41,440 bases of DNA from a virus (Duplodnaviria > Caudoviricetes): positions 1 to 41,440 of IMG/VR virus record IMGVR_UViG_3300011433_000003, one strand, 5' to 3'. Of the stretch, positions 41,054 through 41,440 are shown in pieces (within the stretch, counting starts at the first letter, position 1; each line of letters starts with the position of its first letter). Both the position numbers and the translations under genes were made by a program. The notes under the pieces were generated by a model that was given only the letters and a program-made list of their open reading frames with translations, was not told the DNA's origin and made no database searches.

Positions 41054-41440
41054 CGGACTCCCCGTCATCGCCTGGACCCCGTACGGACGCCAGGAAACGG
41101 TCAGCGTGCTGGCCCGCTACATGGAGCGCGACCACGCCGCCGGGCTGCTGGATGAGTGGTGGCTCTGCCTGAACACGGACCCCTCCGGCCAGGAGGGAGA
41201 CCTCCGTTACGCCTACACGCTGGCCCGCCAGCACAGCTGGATCAAGATCAAGGACCGTCCGGCGGGCTTCCCCCGCAAGCACCCCAAGCAGCGCAACACG
41301 GGCTACTTCTACACCTACATGACCGATCCGGACACCACGTACGTGCGCTTTGACGATGACATCGTCTACGTGCACCCCGACGCCGTGGCGCGCCTGGCGC
41401 GCTCCGCCCGGGAGCGCGGCGCGGGCGGCGGCGTGGCCAG
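41046..41440 (+). CDS. N-terminal part of the GT-A glycosyltransferase (continues at 124-622 via circularity)
   Basis: GGAGG RBS; MLDGLPVIAWTPYGR...; ATG 41046 is in frame with ATG 41319, which equals position 2. Confidence 0.75.
   Translation, partial: MLDGLPVIAWTPYGRQETVSVLARYMERDHAAGLLDEWWLCLNTDPSGQEGDLRYAYTLARQHSWIKIKDRPAGFPRKHPKQRNTGYFYTYMTDPDTTYVRFDDDIVYVHPDAVARLARSARERGAGGGVA
41318..41440. repeat. Terminal direct repeat, copy 2
   Basis: Identical to 1-123. Confidence 0.95.

Noticed and set aside
41318-41440. 123-bp terminal repeat as a biological DTR or att site
   Set aside because: It falls mid-gene, far from the terminase genes, and is best explained as circular assembly overlap. 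Real termini need read data.

Overview
The window is an apparently complete, circularly permuted genome (about 41.3 kb unique; bases 1-123 repeat at 41318-41440) of a high-GC tailed siphovirus, most likely infecting an actinobacterium. The minus strand carries the lysis, tail, head, terminase, endonuclease VII, family A DNA polymerase and primase-helicase genes. The plus strand carries early and accessory genes, an SF2 helicase, a PD-(D/E)XK exonuclease, a possible SSB and a three-gene glycosylation cassette (NAD-dependent epimerase, GT-B and GT-A) that spans the contig junction. I found no integrase or ParA/ParB. The notable non-genic structure is: (i) a promoter-led ~430-nt hairpin-dense non-coding region plus a cluster of three tRNA-like elements with intact T-arms but abnormal anticodon arms, flanking the putative SSB gene; (ii) two diverged copies of a ~163-bp origin-like element, one inside the primase-helicase gene and one in the tail operon; (iii) a perfect chromosomal parS site inside a tail gene; (iv) divergent leaderless promoters sharing one palindromic -35, and several promoters embedded in inverted repeats. 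All functional calls come from motif reading and synteny; no database search was run.
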